Part shown: one piece after another, positions 1 to 10,200 of the stretch
Layout of the letters: every line of letters begins with the position of its first letter
Position numbering within the stretch: position 1 is the stretch's first letter
Source: a virus
Lineage: Duplodnaviria; Caudoviricetes
Strand: one strand, 5' to 3'
Virus record (IMG/VR): IMGVR_UViG_3300029288_007102
Span: 32,001-96,000 of that record
Length of the DNA: 64,000 bases
Program-made: the position numbers and the translations under genes
The notes under the pieces: model-generated
Databases searched by the model: none
What the model saw: only the letters and a program-made list of their open reading frames with translations
Told to the model about the DNA's origin: nothing

Positions 1-2033
1 TAGGTAAACCATTTTGTATTGAGCATGATTCAGATAGTCCTGATAAAGCACGAGGGGTTATTTTAGATGCCAGTCTACATGAAGATCCTGATGATTTTTA
101 TGTAGAATGCTTGGTGGCGGTAGATAAGGTGCGGTACCCAGACATTGCTCGGAATTTGGAGTTAGGGATTCTTAATTCTGTTTCGATGGGCTGTGTGTGT
201 TCGGAAGCTGAATGTTCTATTTGTCATAATGTGGCCAGGGACACTGAGCATCTGTGCCCACATATGAATAAAGATGACCTTCGTTATGTGAAAGGTAGAT
301 CTAATGATGCGTATGAAATTAACCGGGGGATTAGTTATGTTGAGTTGTCAGGCGTAAGGAATCCTGCGTTTAACGATACAAAGATTTTTGAAGTAATGGC
401 ATCACAATTGAACGACAAACTAAAGAACGAGCTGAAGAGATATGCGAGTTCTAAACGGGAGGGGGCGGAGGAAAATATGGCAGTGGGATCTGAGAGTGTC
501 AGGGCTAGTCAGAATTCAGGTACTTCAAAGTTACGCAAATTGGTGAATAGTATTTCAGGTATTAAGGAAAAACCTGTACATGGGGATTTCGATTTAGGAG
601 AAGGGAATATTTTAAGGTCCTTTAGGGCAGCGGATAATAGGATCTTAATGCAACTGTTTAAACAAGGGCAAGCTGAAAATGTGTTTATTGAGCCTATCTA
701 TGGAGACTTATCGATAGAACAAAAGGCGAAGAAATATAAGGCGGCTCTAAATTTAGGGGGAATAGAAGGTTCTATTAAAACAGAGAAGGAAATCAAGAAG
801 GAAGTAGCGACAAAAACGAAAGAGACCTGCAAAAAAGCAGAAAAGGAGGAAGTGAATATGTTCAATTTAAGTTATGTAGAAGGTACTTCGCTGGATACCA
901 GTTATTTCCTGGCTAAAGAGGGGGATAAAGAACATAAGGTAAAAGCTAGTGAAGTTGTTCCAAAAGACATACAAGATTCGATCTTGGCGGGAAAGACTGA
1001 TACCGTCATCTCTCCAGAACAAGCTGTTGAACAGATTGTTAAGGAATGTGGTAGTACCCTGCAAGGGTTCCAGAAGTGGTCCTTGATGGAGAAGGTGAAG
1101 AATATCCGTCGGGCAAAGATGAAAAAGGTAGAGAAGAAAGAAGAGAAAAAGGAAGCGTCTGAAAAGCCAGTGGAAAAAGAAGTTGTCAAGGCGGCAGAAG
1201 ATCGGAAAGCTAAGATTAAGGCTATAATTGAGGCCGCTCGGGCTCGTAGGGCAGCCAAGGTAGCAGAGGCTCCTGTTGTAGAATCTGCCGAAACACCTAA
1301 GGTAGAGCCTGTAGAAAAAGTTGTTGAGGCTCCAGTCCAAGCTTCTGCTCTTACCCCAGAACGGAGAAAAGAGCTTGCTGCTCGGGCACATAAGAGAGCA
1401 ATCATTGCTCGGATGAAATTGAGGAAGAAAGCAAATTACATGAACATAGAAGATTCCTCAATTCGTTCAGAAGAGAAAGAAGAAAAAGGAGATCTCAATC
1501 TTCAGGGCACAGATCAAGTGGCCCAGAACGTTAAAGAGCAGAAGGTCGGTATGACTGGTCCTACTGGAAATGCGGGAGGCAAAGTAAAGGAGTATTACAA
1601 TAAGCTCGGCAGTCCAAGCGGTGGTACCCCGACACCTGGCGACAATTGGGCAATGAAGACTTCGGCTCTTGAGAAAGAGGTTGAAGATTTAAAAAAGAAA
1701 ACCGCTGCTTTAGAAGCAGAGAACACCCTGTTGACCAAGAAAGCGGCAATGAAAGAGAAGGCTGAGATGATTGATCAAATCATTTCTGGCTTGGATTTCG
1801 AGAGTGAAGAAGAGAAGAGTAAGACAATTGAAGAGTTGGCCTCTATGGATGCTGAGAAATTGCAGACCACTTTACAATTGAAGGCAAAGACTGCAAGTAA
1901 AGCTACTCCGATGCCGAAGACTGCCGGATTAGAAGCGGTCAATAATATTCCTCCTGTGTTTGCTGCTCAGGATTCACGCAGCACAGTAGATAAACTGTCG
2001 GATATTATGGAGAACGAAGTTCCGAAGATATAG
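1..2033 (+). CDS. Prohead protease fused to scaffold-like region (5'-truncated; frame is open from the window start: GKPFCIEHDSDSPDKARGVILDA...)
   Basis: Frame has no stop upstream of 111. His in IEHD and Ser in VSMGC plus ELSGVRNPAF fit herpes-like (SH clan) phage proteases. CSIC..HLCPH Zn motif; charged coiled-coil C-terminus; lies upstream of decoration and MCP genes. Confidence 0.85.
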   Translation, partial: GKPFCIEHDSDSPDKARGVILDASLHEDPDDFYVECLVAVDKVRYPDIARNLELGILNSVSMGCVCSEAECSICHNVARDTEHLCPHMNKDDLRYVKGRSNDAYEINRGISYVELSGVRNPAFNDTKIFEVMASQLNDKLKNELKRYASSKREGAEENMAVGSESVRASQNSGTSKLRKLVNSISGIKEKPVHGDFDLGEGNILRSFRAADNRILMQLFKQGQAENVFIEPIYGDLSIEQKAKKYKAALNLGGIEGSIKTEKEIKKEVATKTKETCKKAEKEEVNMFNLSYVEGTSLDTSYFLAKEGDKEHKVKASEVVPKDIQDSILAGKTDTVISPEQAVEQIVKECGSTLQGFQKWSLMEKVKNIRRAKMKKVEKKEEKKEASEKPVEKEVVKAAEDRKAKIKAIIEAARARRAAKVAEAPVVESAETPKVEPVEKVVEAPVQASALTPERRKELAARAHKRAIIARMKLRKKANYMNIEDSSIRSEEKEEKGDLNLQGTDQVAQNVKEQKVGMTGPTGNAGGKVKEYYNKLGSPSGGTPTPGDNWAMKTSALEKEVEDLKKKTAALEAENTLLTKKAAMKEKAEMIDQIISGLDFESEEEKSKTIEELASMDAEKLQTTLQLKAKTASKATPMPKTAGLEAVNNIPPVFAAQDSRSTVDKLSDIMENEVPKI

Positions 2034-2113
2034 TTAAAAGACTATATATATCAATTGAATAGAATATGTGACTTGAATTTTAGAATCATCAAAAGTAAGG
2101 AGAGTGAACACCT

Positions 2114-2581
2114 ATGTTGAATGTAGACTACAAAGTGTTAGAAGATGCTACTCGTAGCGTCAATTCTGCAACCACTCTTACTGCTGGCGTACCTGTCAGC
2201 ATTAACTCCTCTGGTGAGATCCTTCTGGCCGCTGATGGCGTCTGCGTGTATGGACTGTCTAAAGTGGACAAGAATGCTTACCGGGATGAGACCTCTGGTT
2301 TACCCGCAGGAGTTTATGGCGGCGGGAAAGCCTCAGTAGTGGTTAGCGGAATCGTTACAGTTAGCCCAAGCACCTACACTACTTCTACTGGTTCCGATGC
2401 GACAATCAATGTTTATAACACTGCTTTGAGCTATTGGATTTTCCAACCTCTGTATGCTAACGCTGGCTTGATCAGCAACGTTAACAGCGGTGCGTTGAAG
2501 AAAGTCGGTGTTGTCTTGATTCCGCCTACTGCTACTAATACTAGTATGCAGCTGATTCTGGATTCCAGTAAGTTGATGTAG
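2114..2581 (+). CDS. Capsid decoration/cement protein (phage G gp26 position)
   Basis: Small beta-rich Gly/Ser/Thr protein between protease and MCP; AAGGAG RBS. Confidence 0.7.
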   Translation: MLNVDYKVLEDATRSVNSATTLTAGVPVSINSSGEILLAADGVCVYGLSKVDKNAYRDETSGLPAGVYGGGKASVVVSGIVTVSPSTYTTSTGSDATINVYNTALSYWIFQPLYANAGLISNVNSGALKKVGVVLIPPTATNTSMQLILDSSKLM

Positions 2582-2659
2582 TAGAAACACCAGCACTAAA
2601 ACATTGAAAACGAATTGAATGATATTTGAATTGACTGAAAAAGACTCAACTTTGAAAAA

Positions 2660-3610
2660 ATGGAGATCACAATGTCTTTTTCACCCCGTGAACAAGAACT
2701 GGTCGGCTTGATTAAGAGTCTTGCCGACAAAACGGGTGGATTCACGAAACAGGCATCTTCTGAGGAAGTTCCGATCCAGGTCAAGGAACGGATGTTCTCA
2801 GAGATCTGGCAGGGTCCAAATAGGCTCTTCCGTGTAGCCCAGATGTTTCAGAAGCCTTTAAAAAAGCTGAATGATTACTATGGTGTTGCTCGGAAAGCTA
2901 TATTTGTAGACACAATGCCAGCAGGTGAGATCCCAGCGTATGACAAAGATATCCAAGAATTCGCCAGTGTAAAAATTGCTATGAAGGGTGCTCCTCCGCA
3001 AGTGGAGCCGAACATTCTGCGTGTACAATTCCCGACATGGGATTTGGCCATCACAGAACGAGTTCGGTATTCGGATATTCAGATTGTGCGTTATCCGGCT
3101 TTCGACCGGGCAAAAGAACGGTGTGCAATTGCTAATGCGATTGCGGAAGATACCGAATTCTTTGCTCTGTTGCTGGCTGCTACCACAGTCGGTCCGAATG
3201 TAAACTTAACAGCATCTTCTCTAACGAGAAGCATCCTGGCGGATGCGTTTGGAACAATCTTAGCGAACCAGCTGACCGTTGGTTCGGTCATACTTAATCC
3301 TTGGGATGCGAAAGACATCCTAAAGTGGACTGCAACTGATCTTGATCAAGTCACATTGTACAACGTGACCACTCAAGGTCTGTTAGGGCAGATCTGGAAT
3401 GCGAAGTTCTTAGTTTCGACTAGGATCCCTCGTGGTTCAGTATATGTCTGTGCAGTTCCGGAGAAATTGGGAGTATTACCTGAAAGAAAGCCTGTGGAAG
3501 TCAAAGTATTTGACAATTCACCTGGTTTGGAATTCTTGATGACGGCTTGGAGCCACATCGGTATGGGCATACACAACACCTACGGTGTTGTTCGTATTGA
3601 CATTACCTAA
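2660..3610 (+). CDS. Major capsid protein, HK97 fold, phage G gp27/Bxz1-like (probable start ATG 2672)
   Basis: Motifs DYYGVARK..VD.MP.G..P.YDKD, RVQFPTW, AEDTEFF, LDQVT..GLLGQIW, P.K.GVLPER match the phage G capsid family as I recall it; GGAG RBS before 2672. Confidence 0.9.
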   Translation: MEITMSFSPREQELVGLIKSLADKTGGFTKQASSEEVPIQVKERMFSEIWQGPNRLFRVAQMFQKPLKKLNDYYGVARKAIFVDTMPAGEIPAYDKDIQEFASVKIAMKGAPPQVEPNILRVQFPTWDLAITERVRYSDIQIVRYPAFDRAKERCAIANAIAEDTEFFALLLAATTVGPNVNLTASSLTRSILADAFGTILANQLTVGSVILNPWDAKDILKWTATDLDQVTLYNVTTQGLLGQIWNAKFLVSTRIPRGSVYVCAVPEKLGVLPERKPVEVKVFDNSPGLEFLMTAWSHIGMGIHNTYGVVRIDIT

Positions 3611-3644
3611 TTGGTTTTAAGTTGTTTTTGAGAGTTGTTGTATC

Positions 3645-3683
3645 CTCTGTAGCCCTACTCTGTGAAGGGTAGGGTTGCAGAGA
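3645..3683 (+). terminator. Strong hairpin after the MCP gene (terminator or RNA stabiliser)
   Basis: CTCTGTAGCCCTAC...GTAGGGTTGCAGAG inverted repeat with G-U pairs; only a short T tract follows. Confidence 0.55.
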
Positions 3684-3737
3684 CTTTAAAGAAGGAACTC
3701 AGTGAATGAACTGAGAATAAAATTAGGAGGAACGAAT

Positions 3738-4451
3738 ATGAAATTTAGAAATAATACCGGGAATCGTGTAGCGTTAGAAGTAATTTTGCCTTCAGGGAAA
3801 GTTACTGATTATATCGATCCATATGCTTTGTCTAATATGGATTATGAAGAAAGTGTTGTAAGGAATTCCAGGGATTTTCAGATCTATCTGGCAAAAAAGG
3901 TTTTAGTCCCAGAGGTGCAAGCGAAAGAAGGCGGTCAAGAAGTAATTGTTGCTGCGGAAATACCTAAGAAGGAACCGATAGAGAGTGTTGGCACTGGAGA
4001 ACAAATTCCGACAACAACGATAGGGGTTGCTCAAAATGAGTCTTCAATTGATATTGAGGGTGATTATTCTGGCGGGGCATCAGTGATTTCAAAAGCACCT
4101 AATGAGACTTTTGCTAGAGAGAAAACAGTTGCTGAGTTGGCTGCTGAAAAGATGCAGACTGCTAGCGAGGTTGTAAGCGGAGTATTGGATCATAAAGAGG
4201 AATTAATAAAACAGCAAGAAGCAAAAATAAGAAAAGCTATTGAAGCGGGAGTCGCTACAGATACTATTGGTGGACAACAAGTAACTGAGCGTATTTCTGG
4301 CTTTAACAAGCTGGGTTATTTTGCTAAGAAAGCAGAGATTTCTAAGACGACAGATAAAGCCTTTTTGGCGGAAGTGTTAGCTTTTGTGACTAATGAGAAT
4401 GTAAAAGCCTTGGCGAGAGCACGAATCCAGGAGATTTCAAATAAAGGATAA
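3738..4451 (+). CDS. Hypothetical head-associated protein
   Basis: AGGAGG RBS before ATG 3738 (MKFRN..); directly follows MCP. Confidence 0.6.
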   Translation: MKFRNNTGNRVALEVILPSGKVTDYIDPYALSNMDYEESVVRNSRDFQIYLAKKVLVPEVQAKEGGQEVIVAAEIPKKEPIESVGTGEQIPTTTIGVAQNESSIDIEGDYSGGASVISKAPNETFAREKTVAELAAEKMQTASEVVSGVLDHKEELIKQQEAKIRKAIEAGVATDTIGGQQVTERISGFNKLGYFAKKAEISKTTDKAFLAEVLAFVTNENVKALARARIQEISNKG

Positions 4452-4466
4452 TGGGGAGACATATAT

Positions 4467-4940
4467 ATGAACACAAGAACGAAGATCAGATTTAGAGTTT
4501 ACGACAGGGATATTGATCGTCTGGTTCTTCTATGGGATGGGCAGGGCTTGAATGAGAGACAAAAAGGCAAGGTTGAACTTGCTGTTGGAGATATTGACGG
4601 GGCGGACGAAAGGCCTCTAGTTTTCAAGACTGCTTCTGAGGGGGAGATTCAGAAATGTAATCTGCCTAAAGGATTAACTATGGCGGTTATAGATCACAAG
4701 GAGAACAATATGGACCCTAAGGAACCTTGTGGTGTTAAGTTGATCCTGGGGGCTGGCAATGAAATGATAATCGAATCTCTGCGGGTTCTCCCGGCTGGGA
4801 TGCTGCCGATGACAGAATGTGATAATAGATATAGAAACGCTCATCTATATTTATTTAACGACAAGATTAATAAATGGCAGAAGGCTTTGTGTGAAGAGGA
4901 TGAAGATGGACGGCCTCGGCTGTTAGTCTCACTTAAATAA
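4467..4940 (+). CDS. Hypothetical protein
   Basis: GGGAG RBS; compact operon spacing. Confidence 0.6.
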   Translation: MNTRTKIRFRVYDRDIDRLVLLWDGQGLNERQKGKVELAVGDIDGADERPLVFKTASEGEIQKCNLPKGLTMAVIDHKENNMDPKEPCGVKLILGAGNEMIIESLRVLPAGMLPMTECDNRYRNAHLYLFNDKINKWQKALCEEDEDGRPRLLVSLK

Positions 4941-4948
4941 GGAGCTAT

Positions 4949-5695
4949 ATGTCTACTTATATTTATTGGCAGGTTTCTAGTGCGGTGCAAACTCAGGGGT
5001 ATACTTATTGGGACAAGGCTAGGGTTTATCGGTCTCCAGCAGAAAACGATTTGTCCCAATATTCCCTGACAGATACGATAAACTCTGTTGTGGGGACTAC
5101 GTGGACTGTAAATTATACAGATGCCACTGCGGGGAATGGCACAGACAAGTTTTACATCGTTAAATATTACAACACTGCGGGTAGTATTGAAGATGTGAAT
5201 ATCCAAGTAACCCATTTCCCGTTGTCTCCCAGAGAAGCCAGGATCGTCCAGATTACGCAGCATATGATGGATCCTCGGCTTACGGTAGGTATGCAAGACT
5301 ATGATTTTCTGCAGGCGATTAATATGTCTTTGCAGATGTTTAATTCCTATCCGCCTCCGACAAGTTTTACGTGGGACAATTTGCCTTATGGGTATGAGGC
5401 GATAATTTCTATGGGTGCGATGATCTCTGCGGTTTTACAACGATTCCTTGGTGTCTCTATGCGAGACTTTAGTTATAATGATCAAGGATTGTCTTTAAAT
5501 TTAGATTTGCAGGGTAAGATGAAAGGTGCAGTGGAAGAGGTCTGGCGGCTGTATGAGCCAATGATTAAGTTATTTAAACTTGAAGAGTCTCCTTCCGGCA
5601 TAGGGCTTGGGTCATGGGCGATCCCACTGGGAGTGGGGAGGGTGAGTAGTGCTCTCATGAACGTTTTGGACCTTTATAGAAGTTACAGCTACTAG
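4949..5695 (+). CDS. Neck/head-tail adaptor protein
   Basis: FNSYPPPTSFT and DFSYNDQGLSLN motifs typical of myovirus neck proteins; Ig-like N-terminus; position after MCP. Confidence 0.65.
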   Translation: MSTYIYWQVSSAVQTQGYTYWDKARVYRSPAENDLSQYSLTDTINSVVGTTWTVNYTDATAGNGTDKFYIVKYYNTAGSIEDVNIQVTHFPLSPREARIVQITQHMMDPRLTVGMQDYDFLQAINMSLQMFNSYPPPTSFTWDNLPYGYEAIISMGAMISAVLQRFLGVSMRDFSYNDQGLSLNLDLQGKMKGAVEEVWRLYEPMIKLFKLEESPSGIGLGSWAIPLGVGRVSSALMNVLDLYRSYSY

Positions 5696-5763
5696 GACAA
5701 TTTTGTCAAGATTGACAATGTTTCTCGTCGGAGAATGAAATCATTGAATGAAGAGGAGAATAT

Positions 5764-6669
5764 ATGTCAGAGAAATGTAAGATTTGCAATTTGGTAAATG
5801 TGTCCCCGAGTCATTTGAATAAAACCCACAAGATTTCTCTTTATGAATATAGAGAAAAATATAGTCCTGATTTTGTGTGGGATACAGGCAATAAAGGGCA
5901 TACCCCCTGGAATAAAGGAAAAGCTCTTAGGGGCGACCCGAAGTATAAAAATATGGGGTATCATGGCGTTCACTCCCCTGAGCACACAGCAAAGTTAATG
6001 GCTGGTAGAGCCAAGTGGGCGGAAGAACACCCTGAAGAAGTTGCTAAATATAGCGTTGAAAAGCAACTTAAGAAGTATATGAAGAAGCATCCAGATTTCT
6101 ATGAGGTGCGTAGCAAGAACCATCCATTAGACGGAAAGAATCACCCTATGTATGGCAAGAAGCATTCAGAAGCAACCAGGGTAAAATTAAGTAAGGCGAC
6201 CACTTCTTATATGAACGCTCACCCTGAATTTGCCAAAGAGAAAGTTCGCCAGATGAATGCAGGGAATCCTCCTGGTCATCACTCTCGTGTCCTTAAAGAA
6301 TTATATAAGAATCCAGAATGGCATGATAGAGTTCTTTCTCCCCAAATGCACACTCGCAAGATGTCTTCTTATGAGCAGAGGGTATCGGATCTCATTAAGA
6401 AATACAAACTGCCTTATAAGTTTGTAGGCAACGGAGAAGTATGGATAGGCCAGAAGAACCCTGACTTTATTAACACTAATGGGGAGAAGAAGATAATTGA
6501 GGTTTATTCTGAGTATCATGTAGGTTTTTGGAAAGACAAGGATTATGAATCTAAACGGAGCAAGCTCTTTGCCAAGTATGGTTTCCAGACAATCTTTCTG
6601 ACTGAGCAAGATTTATTTGCCAGGAATTGGGAAAGTATCTGTTCCTTTAAGTTGGGGGTACAGATATGA
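5764..6669 (+). mobile_element. Free-standing homing endonuclease (C2H2-like N-terminus, NUMOD3, Vsr/DUF559-like nuclease)
   Basis: CKIC..H..TH; PWNKG; HPMYGKKHSEATRVKLS (NUMOD3); PDF...IIEVYSEYH PD-(D/E)xK-like C-terminus. Confidence 0.75.
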
Positions 6670-7142
6670 AGGAAATAAAAGCACCGGATAAGTTTGAATT
6701 CGATGGTACGACAGCGATCTTTTTGGCTGGGAGCATTGAGCAGGGGAAAGCGGTTGATTGGCAAAAAGAGATAGTTAAACTCCTTGAGGAAGCCAATGTG
6801 GAGATAACTATTCTTAATCCCCGGAGAGATAACTGGAACGCTAAGTTAGATCAAAGGAAAGATAATCCTGATTTCCGGGAACAGGTAGAATGGGAATTGG
6901 AAGCTCAGGAGAGAGCAAATCATATTCTGATGTTTTTTGATAAAGAGACTAAGTCTCCAATTACTTTATTGGAACTTGGTTTGTTCGCCAGGACAGGGAG
7001 ATTGATTGTGTGTTGTCCGGAAGGGTTCTGGCGAAAGGGGAATGTAGATATTGTTTGTGAGAAATATAATGTGGAACAGGTGGAAACGATTGAAGGGTTG
7101 GTGTTAACCCTTCTACATAAGCTAGCACAAAATAAAGTGTAA
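6666..7142 (+). CDS. Nucleoside 2-deoxyribosyltransferase-like protein
   Basis: IFLAGSIEQG..DWQ, ILNPRR, QVEWEL, SPITLLELG, CCPEGFWRKGNVD signature. Confidence 0.85.
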   Translation: MKEIKAPDKFEFDGTTAIFLAGSIEQGKAVDWQKEIVKLLEEANVEITILNPRRDNWNAKLDQRKDNPDFREQVEWELEAQERANHILMFFDKETKSPITLLELGLFARTGRLIVCCPEGFWRKGNVDIVCEKYNVEQVETIEGLVLTLLHKLAQNKV

Positions 7143-7257
7143 TTGTTCCCCGGCCTCTGTGGCATTGCCAACCTTTCTTGGCTCCTAAAAATAAAAATAA
7201 TGGAGCATTAAATGGCTTTAACCCGCCAGTGGCTGGGACTTAAAACTAAGGAGAGAT

Positions 7258-10200
7258 ATGAAATCGACTGCGAGTATGTTAGATTGGGGCAAGCAAGGGC
7301 TTGATCCTGCTGTGTTTGATGATCAGGGGAAATTAAAACCTGAACACAAAGAACATATTCTCTCCAAATTATATAAGAAGTTGGAGGATGCCGGGCTTCA
7401 GCATTATGCGGAGTGGATTGATACGATCCACATCATAGGCAGTTTAACTTCCTATCGGTATGCTAAGGCTACAGATGTAGACATCCATCCTGTTGTCAAT
7501 TTAGAAAAGTTCCTGGAAGCAGAAGAACAGGAGTTAGATTTCCAGGGAGCATCAGATCTCTTGAATGAACTTGGTAAAGAGTTGAGCCGGGAAGAGACTG
7601 AGGTGTTAGATGGGACTAATCATGAGATGGAGTATTACTTTGAAACCTATTTCTTTGAAGATGGGGAACAATTGTGGATCACTCTAGCGGAGACAACTGA
7701 GGGGGATTATGATGTTTTGACAGAGGAATGGACCAAGGATCCTCTCTTTGTGGACTACGATTGGGATGCTGACACTATTTACAGTACAGTTCTAGAAGAA
7801 GCGAAGGATTTGGCCAACGAGTTTGATGTGAATATTGGAGAGATCAAGAGGGAGCTTACTGACATAGATCTGTTAGAGCAGTCTTTGCAGTCGTTTAAGA
7901 ATCAGCCTAAGCAATCTAAATTCTTCCTAGAGAAGATTGAAGAGAAGATTGATACGATTGAGGCTGACATTTTAGAGATGGCGGATAAAGGTGAGGCGGC
8001 ACACGATGAGAGAGTGGAACAGTTTGAGGGTAATGACGAAGATCTAGCTAAAGGAGTTAAGTTTAAATATTTACAAAGGTATGGTTACATTTGGTTATAT
8101 AAACAATTAAAAAAACTATTTGAGGAAGAGACGCCACCAGAATTAACCCTTGACGAGATACCACAGGTCAAAAAAATAATAAAGGAGTTTAAGATGAGTG
8201 AAAATTTATTCCAGATTCTATCAGTGCTGAAGAAGCAGGCATCCCATTTTAAGGATGAGGCCTCTTATATTGAGAGCAGTGTTCTGAAAGAACTGGGGAT
8301 GACTCCGCCCAGTGCTGGAGTAGTGCCTGTTTTTGTCCAGGGTTCAACTGAGGGGAAGGAATTTATATCTGTGGTGGCCACTGACGGGGAGCTGAAAGGT
8401 CAACGGTTTAAGGTATCTGTGGCGGATCTACACAAATTGAGTTTTAATCTTGATGAATACTCTAACGAATATCAAGAAGCTGTCCGGGAATATTTTATGG
8501 AACATCCGGAAGCCAAGATGGATACAGTGGAGACGGCATCTGGAATTCGCCAGGCTATGTTGGGGAAGAGGGCGAAAAACGTTTTGTTGGAGAAAGAGAA
8601 AGACTTCAATACTTTTAAACAATTCTTTGTGGATGCTCAGTTGAGTGCGGTAGAAGATTGGTATACAGAGCGTTGTCCGGAAGTCTATGCTGCTGCCATA
8701 GAGCTTAAGAAGCAGGAAGAGATAGAAAGTAAACAGATTCAAGATCTGTATAAGAAAACAATCGCATCATTAAACGGGGAGACAGAGCCGCTCATTAAAG
8801 ATCTTTCGTCTTTTAACAGCGGGTCAGCTGCGGTTCCCGCCAAAAAAACTAGCAGTTTTGACTCGCAGACCTATAATTGGATTAAGGCTGTTCTAATTAA
8901 TGATGAGGCTTCTACTGACGAACAATTGGTACAGCATTTTATCAAAGAAGGTCCGATGACTAAGGAAGAAGCTGAGTGGTGGGTAGGGAAGCGGAATGAA
9001 TTTTTGGCTTGTCTCCCTCAAAATGAGCCAGACTTTGAAGAAGAATTTGAGAGAGCTTTCCCGGACGAAGAAAAGAAAGAGGCTAGCCTTACTTCGGTAG
9101 TTCAGTCTATGGAGCATGCTATTGCTGGAGGATATGCTCAGATCCCTTACGCCAAACGGCAAGGGAATTGGGAATATTATCTAGATGATAATTATATTCT
9201 GCATGTTAAATATTATGCTACAGAGGTGATTACTGCGGACTTTAATGCTAAGAAGGTGTTGAAGGTCACTACTGGTGGTTACAATTCGGTATCAACCAAA
9301 GCTGGGATCACCCGGGCATTGGCTGAACTGAAGGGGTTGGGTTATGAAGTCCCAGAGATGAAAGGGTATGAGACTGAGGCTTCTATAAATAAACAGCCCG
9401 TTAAATTGGATAGTGATGAAAATTCTGCTACAGTAAGATGTAATAATTGTGGTTGGGAAGGTGTTGAGGAAGATTTGAAATTATTTAAGGATAAAGGGGA
9501 ATTTGTAAAGGGTTGTCCTAACTGTGATCATTTAGATCATGCTTTGATGGATATAAAGCGAGAGAGTAAGTTTTTTATAAACAAACAGTCTGCCAAATTG
9601 TATAACGAAAATCCTCAAGGGGTGTTTAATTTCACTCTTGAGCTTGAAGAAGGGGAGTCTAAAGCCGAGGTGATGCGGCAACTTCAGCGGGCAAGCAAGG
9701 GGAATTTGTTTATGTCTGATGAAGATCGGGCTGGTGAAGGGAAAAGTAATGTTATAAATTTTTATGTTTATGCAAAATCTCTTGAAGAGGCGAAGAACGT
9801 TTTCTCTTCTGTTTTAGGATCTTTAGGGCAAAAAGCAAAGTTAAGCAAGCAGTCAAGTAGTATAGGTATTGACTATCAAAGTAAATTCACGACAGAGGAA
9901 GAAGATGAGATAAAGGATCATGTTTGTGAAAGAATTGCCGATGCGGTATTGGAAGGTTATAGTGAAGGGGAAATTTTTATTGAAGAACTTTCAGGTGATA
10001 AGGCCGTAAAGGGTTGGTTTAAGATTGACATAGAAGAAGATGAAAATGAAGAAGATGTAAGAAATGCTGAGGTTGCTAGATTGATCCGGAAAGGTTATTC
10101 TTCCGGATATAACCCGACTTTTGAGTGGAGTGCTAATGTGTGGGATCTGAATGAGCCAGAGGGGAAATCTAAGAAGAAGAAAGCGAAATCTGAACATAGC

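Noticed and set aside
2660-3610. Encapsulin or contractile injection system rather than phage
   Set aside because: Protease, decoration, neck, tail, tRNA and homing endonuclease together indicate a tailed phage.
5696-7257. Group I intron around the endonuclease
   Set aside because: Flanking genes appear complete and no convincing P7 core was recognised.
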